Below are positions 56,447-64,000 of a stretch of DNA of 64,000 bases, one piece after another. Location of the stretch: the IMG/VR virus record IMGVR_UViG_3300027205_000173, positions 1 to 64,000 of that record. One strand, 5' to 3'. This DNA is from a virus (Duplodnaviria > Caudoviricetes). Position 1 is the first letter of the stretch; each line of letters opens with the position of its first letter. The notes under the pieces are model-generated. The model did no database searches. It saw only the letters and a list, made by a program, of their open reading frames with translations, and was not told where the DNA came from. Both the position numbers and the translations under genes were made by a program.

Positions 56447-56944
56447 ATGTCAAATCTAGAACGCCTAGAAGCATTCCGCAGAGAATTATCTGACATTTGT
56501 GCTGATATCAGTACAGAACTCGCACAAGACGGTGCGGTCATCGAAGAATCGTGCGTAAATTTAGTACATATCTACAATCTCAAAAGAGACATTAATTATA
56601 TCTATGAGGAAATGGTTACTGTTATCGCAGACAAAATGCCACAGTCAATGATTTTCCTTTCAGATGGAACAGAAATTGAGCGCAAGCAAAGTGCCGACCG
56701 CAAGGCGTGGGACCACAAGGGTTTAGCCAATGAAGTGGCAGCGAAAATATCTCAAATGTCAGTGGATATGGATACTGGGGAAATTACCTTGACACCAGAA
56801 GAAATGATGATTAAGATGCTTGATTACGCAGCACCATCATATTGGAGAGTTGGCGAACTTGGGAAAATCGGGGTCAACCCCTCCAAGTATTGCGAAACAT
56901 CCGAAGGGCGGACAAGTATTGTCATTAAGAAAGGGAAAGTGTAA
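56447..56944 (+). CDS. Hypothetical phage protein (recombination module)
   Basis: 165-aa ORF with AAGGA SD, translationally coupled to the annealase gene. Confidence 0.7.
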   Translation: MSNLERLEAFRRELSDICADISTELAQDGAVIEESCVNLVHIYNLKRDINYIYEEMVTVIADKMPQSMIFLSDGTEIERKQSADRKAWDHKGLANEVAAKISQMSVDMDTGEITLTPEEMMIKMLDYAAPSYWRVGELGKIGVNPSKYCETSEGRTSIVIKKGKV

Positions 56945-57768
56945 TGCCACAATCACCACGAAATAAACAATTAATAGATACCGCAGAATTAGTAGAGACG
57001 GAAATTCCAGAAAGGGCCAATTCCATGCACGATGAGCAAACACACGAAGAATTTTGGGTAGAAAAAGATAAGCGAGATCAAATCGTCGCTAAGCGAAATC
57101 GCTCAGAACAAGAAAGATTACTCTCCGAATTAAGTGAACCATTTTCTTCGGAAGTTGAAAGAGAACTACGAAAAGGTACAGCAGTACTCATTTACATCCC
57201 TGTAAGCGAAGTAATCGCTCGCTTGAATCGAGTATTTGGTGTTCTTGGTTGGTCCTCCGAAATTATTAAATGCGAACGAGATGCACTTGACCCTGATTGC
57301 ATCGTTGCCCATGTACGACTTACTGTCTCTACGTCTGAATACGGACAAATTATTCAGAAAGATGGTTTTGGTGGACAGAAAATCAAAAGAACTAAAACTG
57401 GTGACATCATAGACCTTGGCAACGAATTCAAGGGTGCGGTTTCTGATGCTCTCAAAAAGGCTGCTCAACAATTCGGCGTAGCACTATATCTTTCTCGCTC
57501 AGATGAATCACTAAATCAAGAGACTGAACGCGAGCACGCAGCAAATGCGCCAAAAATTGATCCGAATATTCTTGCCCTATGGGCAAAATTCCGTGAAGCA
57601 AGTAAGGATTTCTCCGCTGAACAGAAAACAAAATTGAACGAATTTTGGACTAAGTATTCCAATGGTCGTCCAAAGCCTTCTCCAGAGACGGCAACGATGC
57701 AGGACATCATGGCTCTCATCGAAGAATCTACTCGTATTTCGTTCCCTGGATCAGAGTTTGAGGGATGA
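56944..57768 (+). CDS. Rad52/22-family (Sak-like) ssDNA annealing protein
   Basis: YIPVSEVIARLNRVFGVLGW...KDGFG...KGAVSDALKKAAQQFGVALYL. Confidence 0.85.
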   Translation: MPQSPRNKQLIDTAELVETEIPERANSMHDEQTHEEFWVEKDKRDQIVAKRNRSEQERLLSELSEPFSSEVERELRKGTAVLIYIPVSEVIARLNRVFGVLGWSSEIIKCERDALDPDCIVAHVRLTVSTSEYGQIIQKDGFGGQKIKRTKTGDIIDLGNEFKGAVSDALKKAAQQFGVALYLSRSDESLNQETEREHAANAPKIDPNILALWAKFREASKDFSAEQKTKLNEFWTKYSNGRPKPSPETATMQDIMALIEESTRISFPGSEFEG

Positions 57769-58547
57769 GCGAGGACCAGCAAGGCGCCCCATACACTCCC
57801 CCGCCATACCTATCGGCATCATCGATGGGCACGTTTCATCAATGCCCTTTGAAATTCAAATACAACAAAATTGATCGCCTCCCCGACCAGCCGTCCGATG
57901 CAACCCTTCTTGGTAATTTTGTTCATGAAACACTTGAGGAATTTTATGTCTTGCCTCCAGAAGAACGAAATTTGAATTCAGCGAAGATGCTTGCTGCTCA
58001 GGTTTGGACAAATGCCGACTGGGAACAGAGAATTCGTGGATACGTCCATCCCACCAAAGTTCGACAATTCCGCTGGTCGGCGTGGTGGTGTTTGGAAAAT
58101 CTCTTTAAAGTAGAAGAGCCTTCGTCCATCAAGGTCAAAGGAATCGAATCCGAGGTCAATGGGCTAATAGGCACGGCAATGGTAAAAGGATTTATTGACC
58201 GTTTTGAGACAACAGAAACCGGAGTTTGTGTTTCTGACTACAAAACAGGCAAAACCCCCAAATCGTCATGGCTAGCCGACAAGTATCTTCAACTTCAAAT
58301 ATATGCAACATTATTGAATGATAGTGGTGTTGCGAATGTCACAGAAATACAGTTGTTGTACCTCAAAGATGGCGTTAACTTTACTCATCAACTAGTCGCT
58401 GAGGACTTTGAAAAAACAATTAAATACGTTCAAGAATCACATGACGCCATACACAACGCATGTGAAACTGGAAATTTCCCACACAATAAATCACGCCTAT
58501 GCGACTGGTGTGCCTATAAACCAATATGCCCAGGATGGAAAAAATGA
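57765..58547 (+). CDS. PD-(D/E)XK RecB/Cas4-like exonuclease
   Basis: LSASS...CP, GNFVHETLE, GFIDR, DYKTG, QLQIY, CDWCAYKPIC. Confidence 0.9.
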   Translation: MSEDQQGAPYTPPPYLSASSMGTFHQCPLKFKYNKIDRLPDQPSDATLLGNFVHETLEEFYVLPPEERNLNSAKMLAAQVWTNADWEQRIRGYVHPTKVRQFRWSAWWCLENLFKVEEPSSIKVKGIESEVNGLIGTAMVKGFIDRFETTETGVCVSDYKTGKTPKSSWLADKYLQLQIYATLLNDSGVANVTEIQLLYLKDGVNFTHQLVAEDFEKTIKYVQESHDAIHNACETGNFPHNKSRLCDWCAYKPICPGWKK

Positions 58548-59050
58548 CAACAATGACAGATGATGAATTAGTTTATATGGTTGCGGAAGAAGTCAAAAAT
58601 AGACTTTCGCCCATTCAGAGGAAAATCCTTCTTAGTAAAGAAAACTGGGAACGTTGGCAACAGTGCCTTCTCGCCCTAGTGAATAACCTAAACGAGCAAT
58701 TGCGGAATATTGAAGAAGACCGAAGTGCTGATGAAATGCGTTTTCAGGCACTTGGTTCGCGTCGGTTGCTGAGCGAGGCAACAAGTCAATACAAGCGTCG
58801 TCAATTTAAAATAGAACGCTTTAAGTCACATGTAGAAAAGCGTCTTGATGAAGTAACGGCAATGATTGAGACCGGTAAGGTTTTTGATTCCAACGGGTGG
58901 GAACACGTTGAATTCCTGAAGCGTGCGATTGCCAAACATCGTGAAATGCTTCGTGAGTGCGACATGGAGCCAACCCCAATTGACCAAGCACTCTGGTCCG
59001 CGCTTGTGGACAAGTGGGAATTTGATAAGATAGACGTGTCACAACTTTAA
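58544..59050 (+). CDS. Hypothetical coiled-coil protein
   Basis: Track ORF 58526..59050; ATG 58544 gives an ATGA overlap with the upstream stop. Confidence 0.7.
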   Translation: MTTMTDDELVYMVAEEVKNRLSPIQRKILLSKENWERWQQCLLALVNNLNEQLRNIEEDRSADEMRFQALGSRRLLSEATSQYKRRQFKIERFKSHVEKRLDEVTAMIETGKVFDSNGWEHVEFLKRAIAKHREMLRECDMEPTPIDQALWSALVDKWEFDKIDVSQL

Positions 59051-59063
59051 TCTAGGTGGATAC

Positions 59064-59366
59064 ATGCGTCGACGTAGCAAGAAAAAAGAAGAACAATACG
59101 TTGAAAGGCGCAAATTAGTAGGTCGTATGCTTTCAGAACGGCCCTACTGCGAGGCATGCCCTGTATTCGCCAAGCATGACCAAAAGGCCACCTACACGCG
59201 TCGTGGAAGCGTTGATATTCATGAACTGATCAGACGATCTCAGGGTGGATCGATTCTTGATGAGTCAAATTTGATGGCAGTATGTCGAGAGTGCCATACG
59301 AGAATTGGCAATTATCCAGCGTTAGCGTTTGAACTTGGCCTAGCAAAGCACTCGTGGGACAAGTAA
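59064..59366 (+). CDS. Small HNH endonuclease
   Basis: CEAC...DIHELIRRSQGG...NLMAVCRECH. Confidence 0.85.
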   Translation: MRRRSKKKEEQYVERRKLVGRMLSERPYCEACPVFAKHDQKATYTRRGSVDIHELIRRSQGGSILDESNLMAVCRECHTRIGNYPALAFELGLAKHSWDK

Positions 59367-59373
59367 CCCACAG

Positions 59374-59445
59374 TCCCCCTGCGGAGAGTTGAACTCCGTC
59401 AAACATTTTATAAGAATGTTATGCTAACCGTTACATCACAGGGGA
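59374..59445 (-). tRNA. tRNA-Ile, anticodon UAU
   Basis: Manual fold: acceptor TCCCCTG/CAGGGGG, D stem ATGT/GCAT, anticodon stem ACATT/AATGT with loop CTTATAA, T stem CGGAG/CTCCG with loop TTCAACT, discriminator A. No encoded CCA. Confidence 0.88.
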
Positions 59446-59451
59446 GCATTC

Positions 59452-60084
59452 TCATAACTCCTCTATAAGGAAACCATTTGCGACAAGCGTGGATATGGCA
59501 ATATCTATATCTTCATCACTTGGCGACTCAATTGCTTCTTGCTTTAATGCCTGGATGAGCATTAACGGTATTGGTGAGTTTCTTAGGATTGTTTCGCTGC
59601 CACGGGTGTAGCCAACAGGGTCCATCCATTCCACTTTTCTTCCTAGTTCATACTTGTATCCGGCAGATACCAGGGTTATCTCATAATCGTGGGTTATCTC
59701 GTTTTGTTCGCAATGGGTGACCGTCAAACATTCATGAACAACATTTTTGTCTTCGATAAATGCTTGTTGCAATTCTCTGCCCTTGAGTTTTTCTTTACTA
59801 TGGGTCTCAAAACCTTCAGCAACAAGGGTAATCGCATCAACCCCCCAAAATGTTTTGAGGGCAGCCAGCATGTCACCACATTTTGGAAGCCGTGCCTCTA
59901 CGGGTTTGTTCATCTCGCTTCTTTGAAGTTGAGCGACAACAAGCAGTTCCCCCTTCTTCCATGCAAAGAAGTTGAAAGCCAAATCTTCACCAATGCCGAA
60001 CTCTTCGACATTGATATTTTTGGCTAATTGGGCCCCTGTTAAGGCAAGGGACATTTTGGACATTGAGTCTGGATATAGTTCCAC
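59452..60084 (-). CDS. Hypothetical protein
   Basis: 210-aa ORF with TAGATT upstream; likely co-transcribed with the tRNA. Confidence 0.7.
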   Translation of the reverse strand: MELYPDSMSKMSLALTGAQLAKNINVEEFGIGEDLAFNFFAWKKGELLVVAQLQRSEMNKPVEARLPKCGDMLAALKTFWGVDAITLVAEGFETHSKEKLKGRELQQAFIEDKNVVHECLTVTHCEQNEITHDYEITLVSAGYKYELGRKVEWMDPVGYTRGSETILRNSPIPLMLIQALKQEAIESPSDEDIDIAISTLVANGFLIEEL

Positions 60085-60148
60085 GGGTTGAACAATAATC
60101 TAGAATTAGTTCCTGCAGGGGAAGAAACCATCTGCTAGTTTTTTGCTT

Positions 60149-60682
60149 ATGAGCACAAACAAACCAACACCAAAAAAGAAGTCACAGACGCCTTCGAAAA
60201 AGGTTGCCCAAAAAGTAATTTCTGGTGCACCTGCAAAGAAGGCTGCTGCTACTTCTCCTAAATTAAAGCAAAAGCCAGGCCCTAAGAAGGGTTCAACCAG
60301 AAAGGCTCAGCCGGAAAAGAAGGCCGTAGTAAAGAAGGTTGCGCCAAAAGCAAACAAGGCAATTGGTCTAAACACTCTCAATTCTGAGTTGTTGGTATCA
60401 AAGAAATTGGCTGCAGGCGCTGCTGAGGAATTGAATGCTATGGCAAAGAAGTATAAGCAACAGATCGACAAAGGTTCTTTGCGCTTCCTTGAGCAAGCAA
60501 CCACTTCCGCAAACAACGCGACCCCTCAGGCTGATCTTCGTATTAACCTGAACAACGCTACGACCAGCGTTCAGCCCAATACCAAGCCTTATGGCACCGC
60601 CGCCAAGAAAAAGGGGATTCTTTCGAGAATTACCTCGTGGTTCCGTCCTTCAAAGAAAAAGAATACGAGCAAGAAGCGATAA
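60149..60682 (+). CDS. Lys/Ala/Pro-rich histone H1-like basic protein
   Basis: PAKKAAA and KKAVVKKVAPK runs; extended -10 (TGcTAGTTT) 7 nt upstream of ATG 60149. Confidence 0.65.
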   Translation: MSTNKPTPKKKSQTPSKKVAQKVISGAPAKKAAATSPKLKQKPGPKKGSTRKAQPEKKAVVKKVAPKANKAIGLNTLNSELLVSKKLAAGAAEELNAMAKKYKQQIDKGSLRFLEQATTSANNATPQADLRINLNNATTSVQPNTKPYGTAAKKKGILSRITSWFRPSKKKNTSKKR

Positions 60683-60689
60683 CAATTAT

Positions 60690-60743
60690 TTATTATCACC
60701 TCCAATCGGCTATTATTACGATATCCGGTTGGAGGTGAAATAA
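60690..60743 (+). promoter_or_regulatory. RBS-sequestering hairpin
   Basis: TCACCTCCAATCGG (60696-60709) pairs with CCGGTTGGAGGTGA (60725-60738), which contains the SD for GTG 60744. Confidence 0.6.
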
Positions 60744-60923
60744 GTGAAGAAGAAAATAGACGCAATATCCGAAGCGGCAGCCATTCTTGGTGTAGACAAA
60801 GAGAACCTGACCGAAGAACAAGCAATGAAAGTCTTACGCAATTTAGTGATGTCAAATTCAGATATTCGGATTCGCAAGGCCCGCAACGATCAACAGAAAC
60901 GTAGAGAATTATTCGATGAGTGA
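60744..60923 (+). CDS. Small hypothetical protein (59 aa, below the ORF-track cutoff)
   Basis: GGAGGTG SD; MKKKIDAISEAAAILGVDKENLTEEQAMKVLRNLVMSNSDIRIRKARNDQQKRRELFDE*; overlaps the next start. Confidence 0.65.
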   Translation: MKKKIDAISEAAAILGVDKENLTEEQAMKVLRNLVMSNSDIRIRKARNDQQKRRELFDE

Positions 60924-61167
60924 AGTTATTAATAGAATCCACGATCTACAAAAACAAGTTTTTCAATTAGAAGAAGAGTTGCGTAAAATACGTTCCAAAT
61001 ACGGGGATGAAGTAGATCATTCTGATGATTTGGCAAACTTAGTACGAGACATGGCCAAATCTCTTAATGGGGCTTATTTTCTTTCATCTAAATCAATCTT
61101 GGAGGAGCACGAACGTCGCCGTATTCAAGATGACATTGACGAAAATGGATTATCCGTAGAGGAATAA
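60916..61167 (+). CDS. Small hypothetical coiled-coil protein
   Basis: 83-aa ORF overlapping both neighbours. Confidence 0.6.
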   Translation: MSEVINRIHDLQKQVFQLEEELRKIRSKYGDEVDHSDDLANLVRDMAKSLNGAYFLSSKSILEEHERRRIQDDIDENGLSVEE

Positions 61168-61472
61168 TGTATCTTTCATTTCTCGAAGACTATATTTCTG
61201 AATTAATGGTGTTGACCATAGACGACCCAGGCCACACCAGTAAAACTGAAGAAATATGGGGAACTCTTTGGGAGATATTGATCTGGGAGGAAAAATTAAT
61301 GCCAGATTTAATTATTGATGGCGACAAAATTGCCATTGAAAAGAAAAGTAAAATGATCAATAATAAAATTGAAATCAAGGAGGTGGAAGTAGTGAAGAAA
61401 TTTACATGGTTAGGACTGACGGCTGTTGTTGGTTTCGTTTGTTTTTTATATGGTTTTTTCACTGCTCCGTAA
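61167..61472 (+). CDS. Small protein with C-terminal TM helix
   Basis: TAATG coupling to the upstream gene; hydrophobic C-terminus. The true start may be internal. Confidence 0.5.
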   Translation: MYLSFLEDYISELMVLTIDDPGHTSKTEEIWGTLWEILIWEEKLMPDLIIDGDKIAIEKKSKMINNKIEIKEVEVVKKFTWLGLTAVVGFVCFLYGFFTAP

Positions 61473-61476
61473 CGTC

Positions 61477-61770
61477 ATGGTAGAACCAGAATATGCGTCC
61501 GATATAAAGCCTTCTCAGCCCAAGGTTGTGTCGCGTGCGAAAATGATTATTTTTGATGTTAATGTTGGGAGAAGGTGGGCTGTATCTTTGGAGGAAAACT
61601 CCTACATCCATCTTTATTCAATTTCCGATCATGGCAATTCTGTAACATACAATAAGGTTGTAACCCTGTATAGGGGTAATCCTGAATGGCCATTAGTCGC
61701 CGAAGGTAAGCCATTTGAGGAATTCGCTCGTGACCTAGTGAGGAAATATGTCGGAATCGGAAAACCCTGA
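61477..61770 (+). CDS. Hypothetical protein
   Basis: Track ORF 61426..61770; ATG 61477 follows the upstream stop. Confidence 0.55.
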   Translation: MVEPEYASDIKPSQPKVVSRAKMIIFDVNVGRRWAVSLEENSYIHLYSISDHGNSVTYNKVVTLYRGNPEWPLVAEGKPFEEFARDLVRKYVGIGKP

Positions 61771-61915
61771 TACAAAGAGTCCTGCCTATCGTATGTCAAT
61801 TTGTTTTGATTGCGACAGACTTTTTCATCCAACGAGGCAGTGTAAGGAATGTGGGTGTTTTATGAAAGTCAAAACACGAATCCCTTCATCTAAATGCCCG
61901 CTTGGGAAATGGTAA

Positions 61916-62923
61916 TTAATTAACTACAGATTTCTTTGACTGTTTTTTCTTTATTTCATCCTCATACCAGTCATCTATAAATTCCGCACGGTTTGGGTAA
62001 GCATCAGAAAACCGCACATTCGTTCCGTCACCCCTCACGCCAATCCCCTCATACATTTTGTCATAGGCATACCAGCAGAAAGATTCGGCCCAGTCTTCTT
62101 CGTTATTATCTTTTGCATATTCAGTGAGTGCTTTTTGCCCAAAGATCAATGAATGAATACTGTCGCTAGAGACATCGAGCATCGTATTGGTTTCGTGTTG
62201 TTTGAAATTATCATTTAGTAAAGTTTTCGAGACATCCTTATCTGCAACCATCGCTTTTCCCCATTCCACGGAACTCCCAATACCGGCATAGTCTCCCACC
62301 ACATGAGCCGTTTCATGCATTAGTAATGGTCCTATAATTTCAGGGTACTGCCCTTCTGGGTATACGGTAAAACTGTCGTGATTGGCATCTGTCGTCCCCA
62401 GGGTGACCAGCCCATCTCCCCTAGCCTGGTCCTGCTTGTAGTCTTTTGCTGAAATATTTATTTGTTTTATTGGTACTTCAATTTCCGAAAATGTTGTATG
62501 AAAAATGTCAATTGTTGCGCCAATTTCTATTTGTGTATCTAGGACAGTAAATTGATCTTTATCATTGTATTCAATGTTTTTTTGTTCAAGAATTTCATCA
62601 AAAGATGTCTTTGTTACCTGTGATATCAGAACGACCCCATTAATTTTCTGAACAACTGCGTACTCCATCGCAGATATGTCGTAATCACCGTCTAAATTTT
62701 TTAACAAAATTAGTTCGCCATTTTCCATATTGTCAAAATCACTGTTTTTCCAAATCGTCCATGGGTCGCTATATTCGAGCGAATCCGCATCGATTGTTTC
62801 CGTAACGAAGTAATCGTATTGATTGGGTTGTAATGAATTAGATTGAGATGATTCGTGTGATGCATAAATAAAAAATGCAATCACCATAGAAACTGTCAAC
62901 ATAAAAATAGATCGTATTTTCAT
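61916..62923 (-). CDS. Membrane-anchored or secreted zincin metallopeptidase-like protein
   Basis: N-terminal hydrophobic helix; LMHETAH...TEYA...EEDWAES...YPNR; GAGGA SD. Confidence 0.75.
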   Translation of the reverse strand: MKIRSIFMLTVSMVIAFFIYASHESSQSNSLQPNQYDYFVTETIDADSLEYSDPWTIWKNSDFDNMENGELILLKNLDGDYDISAMEYAVVQKINGVVLISQVTKTSFDEILEQKNIEYNDKDQFTVLDTQIEIGATIDIFHTTFSEIEVPIKQINISAKDYKQDQARGDGLVTLGTTDANHDSFTVYPEGQYPEIIGPLLMHETAHVVGDYAGIGSSVEWGKAMVADKDVSKTLLNDNFKQHETNTMLDVSSDSIHSLIFGQKALTEYAKDNNEEDWAESFCWYAYDKMYEGIGVRGDGTNVRFSDAYPNRAEFIDDWYEDEIKKKQSKKSVVN

Positions 62924-62990
62924 AGGAATAATGTCCTCTGTTTAATGTATTATTATCAGAGCATACTGTGGTGTTGGGTGATTTCCTACA

Positions 62991-63569
62991 TTAATATTTA
63001 GTATTCTTTGATTTTTCCCGTATCCGTTTTGATACTTTTGCTGCCCTTTCGGTATTGGGAACAAATTGCTGACCTTTTTTGTCTGCTTCTAGTTTTTTAG
63101 CGATTGTCGCTTTTCTTTGCTCTGGTGTCAGTTTTTGCCATGCTTTTGCAGGTAGGTAGCGTGTCATTTTGCCGTCACGAAATGCGGGCTTGCCATCAGA
63201 TGTCGTCCAACGCTGTTTAGTCCACTTTTTCAATGAATTTTGAGCCTTGGACGGCTTCCCCCTGTATCCGCCACCTTCTTTTCTATAGGCTACGGCTAAT
63301 AGTTGTGCTTTACGGGCGCTCCATTGCCCTGGCCTACCCCCATCGTCTCCTGCCATGATTTTGTCTTTAAGACGTTCACGCAAACTGGGTTTAGTGTAAT
63401 TGAGTGATTTGAGATGATTGGATGGCGAATTGTAGATAAAGTCTTTCGTTGCCTTATCTACCCATTGTGGTGTTGTGCCGTATGAACTCATCTGGCGATT
63501 AAGCGAACCACCGATAACTGTACGCCTAATTTTCCCTATTTGTATTGGTTGACGTGCCATCGGGCTCAC
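62991..63569 (-). CDS. DUF5872-like basic protein
   Basis: NYTKPSLRERLK...GGRPGQWSARKAQ...GGGY...LKKWTKQRW...RYLP. Confidence 0.75.
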   Translation of the reverse strand: MSPMARQPIQIGKIRRTVIGGSLNRQMSSYGTTPQWVDKATKDFIYNSPSNHLKSLNYTKPSLRERLKDKIMAGDDGGRPGQWSARKAQLLAVAYRKEGGGYRGKPSKAQNSLKKWTKQRWTTSDGKPAFRDGKMTRYLPAKAWQKLTPEQRKATIAKKLEADKKGQQFVPNTERAAKVSKRIREKSKNTKY

Positions 63570-63898
63570 TTGCCCTTTTTGACAATCCCATTCGGAATGA
63601 CTGCAAATCTACATTTTCCTTCCGGCATCACGGGGATAGTGATGATTTTACAAGAAGTTCCACCTTCGTAAAGGACGCAATTAGAACATTTGACACCAAT
63701 GTTTTTTACAGTATTCTTCGATGGCGGATCATACCCCGCCCATACACCTTCGCCCTTTTCGTCAAATTTGCCATATTTTTGGGTTAAGGAAATGAGCACT
63801 TTGGCGAGTTCTGCTTCTTGGGGGTCCATTTTGGGAGTATCACCAGAAATGATGATCCTTGCTCCACTAAGAAGATTTTCGAGGGGTGTTTTATTCAT
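63566..63898 (-). CDS. Small protein with HiPIP-like four-Cys motif
   Basis: KCSNCVLY...SCKII...VMPEGKC; TGgCATAAT 6 nt upstream of the ATG. Confidence 0.65.
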   Translation of the reverse strand: MNKTPLENLLSGARIIISGDTPKMDPQEAELAKVLISLTQKYGKFDEKGEGVWAGYDPPSKNTVKNIGVKCSNCVLYEGGTSCKIITIPVMPEGKCRFAVIPNGIVKKGK

Positions 63899-64000
63899 TT
63901 ATAAATTATGCCACAACTATTCGTAGGTTTATTCAGATCAAGATATTTAAATTATTCATCCTGTGTTGGCGTTCGAACTTGGCCTAGCAAAACATTCTTG

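Noticed and set aside
57765-58547. Cas4 as evidence of a CRISPR-Cas system
   Set aside because: It is a stand-alone Cas4/RecB-like nuclease coupled to a Rad52-like annealase, a typical phage recombination pair. There is no array and no other cas gene.
60696-60704. ATCACCTCC as a 16S rRNA 3'-end fragment
   Set aside because: There is no surrounding rRNA-like sequence; it is the anti-SD arm of a local hairpin.
60589-60942. 117-aa minus-strand track ORF
   Set aside because: It overlaps two plus-strand genes, and the interval is better explained by the SD-led plus-strand ORF 60744-60923.
1-64000. Alternative genetic code (stop-codon reassignment), as in some large phages
   Set aside because: The standard code gives very high coding density with multi-kb ORFs, and genes end in TAA, TAG and TGA.

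Overview
This 64 kb window is part of a large tailed dsDNA phage genome, probably infecting an actinobacterium (actinobacterial-style ferredoxin, several leaderless-type promoters). It holds an HK97-type head module: large terminase (+ strand, divergent), portal, S78 prohead protease and major capsid protein. The protease domain is only the first ~170 aa of a 3658-aa ORF. About 31 kb of further head-operon genes (2662, 2543, 2281, 926, 709 and 674 aa, plus small ORFs) lie between that ORF and the capsid gene. The four largest proteins are punctuated by about 50 copies of one short motif, G-[M/L/F/V]-R-S. It sits between recognisable conflict domains (ArdC, zeta-toxin-like kinase, DEDDh exonuclease, ART-like folds, KTSC, WGR, pentapeptide repeats, zincins) and many small acidic modules, and it exactly brackets internally duplicated modules. 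Four proteins also share an N-proximal DxDxDG...RPxIP module. My best inference is a capsid-packaged polyprotein cargo system, cut by the prohead protease at GMR|S and K|S/A sites into dozens of effectors. The flanks carry auxiliary genes, HNH nucleases, a Rad52-like annealase with a Cas4/RecB-like nuclease, and a rare tRNA-Ile(UAU). All family names come from motif recognition by eye, not database searches, and motif counts are manual.
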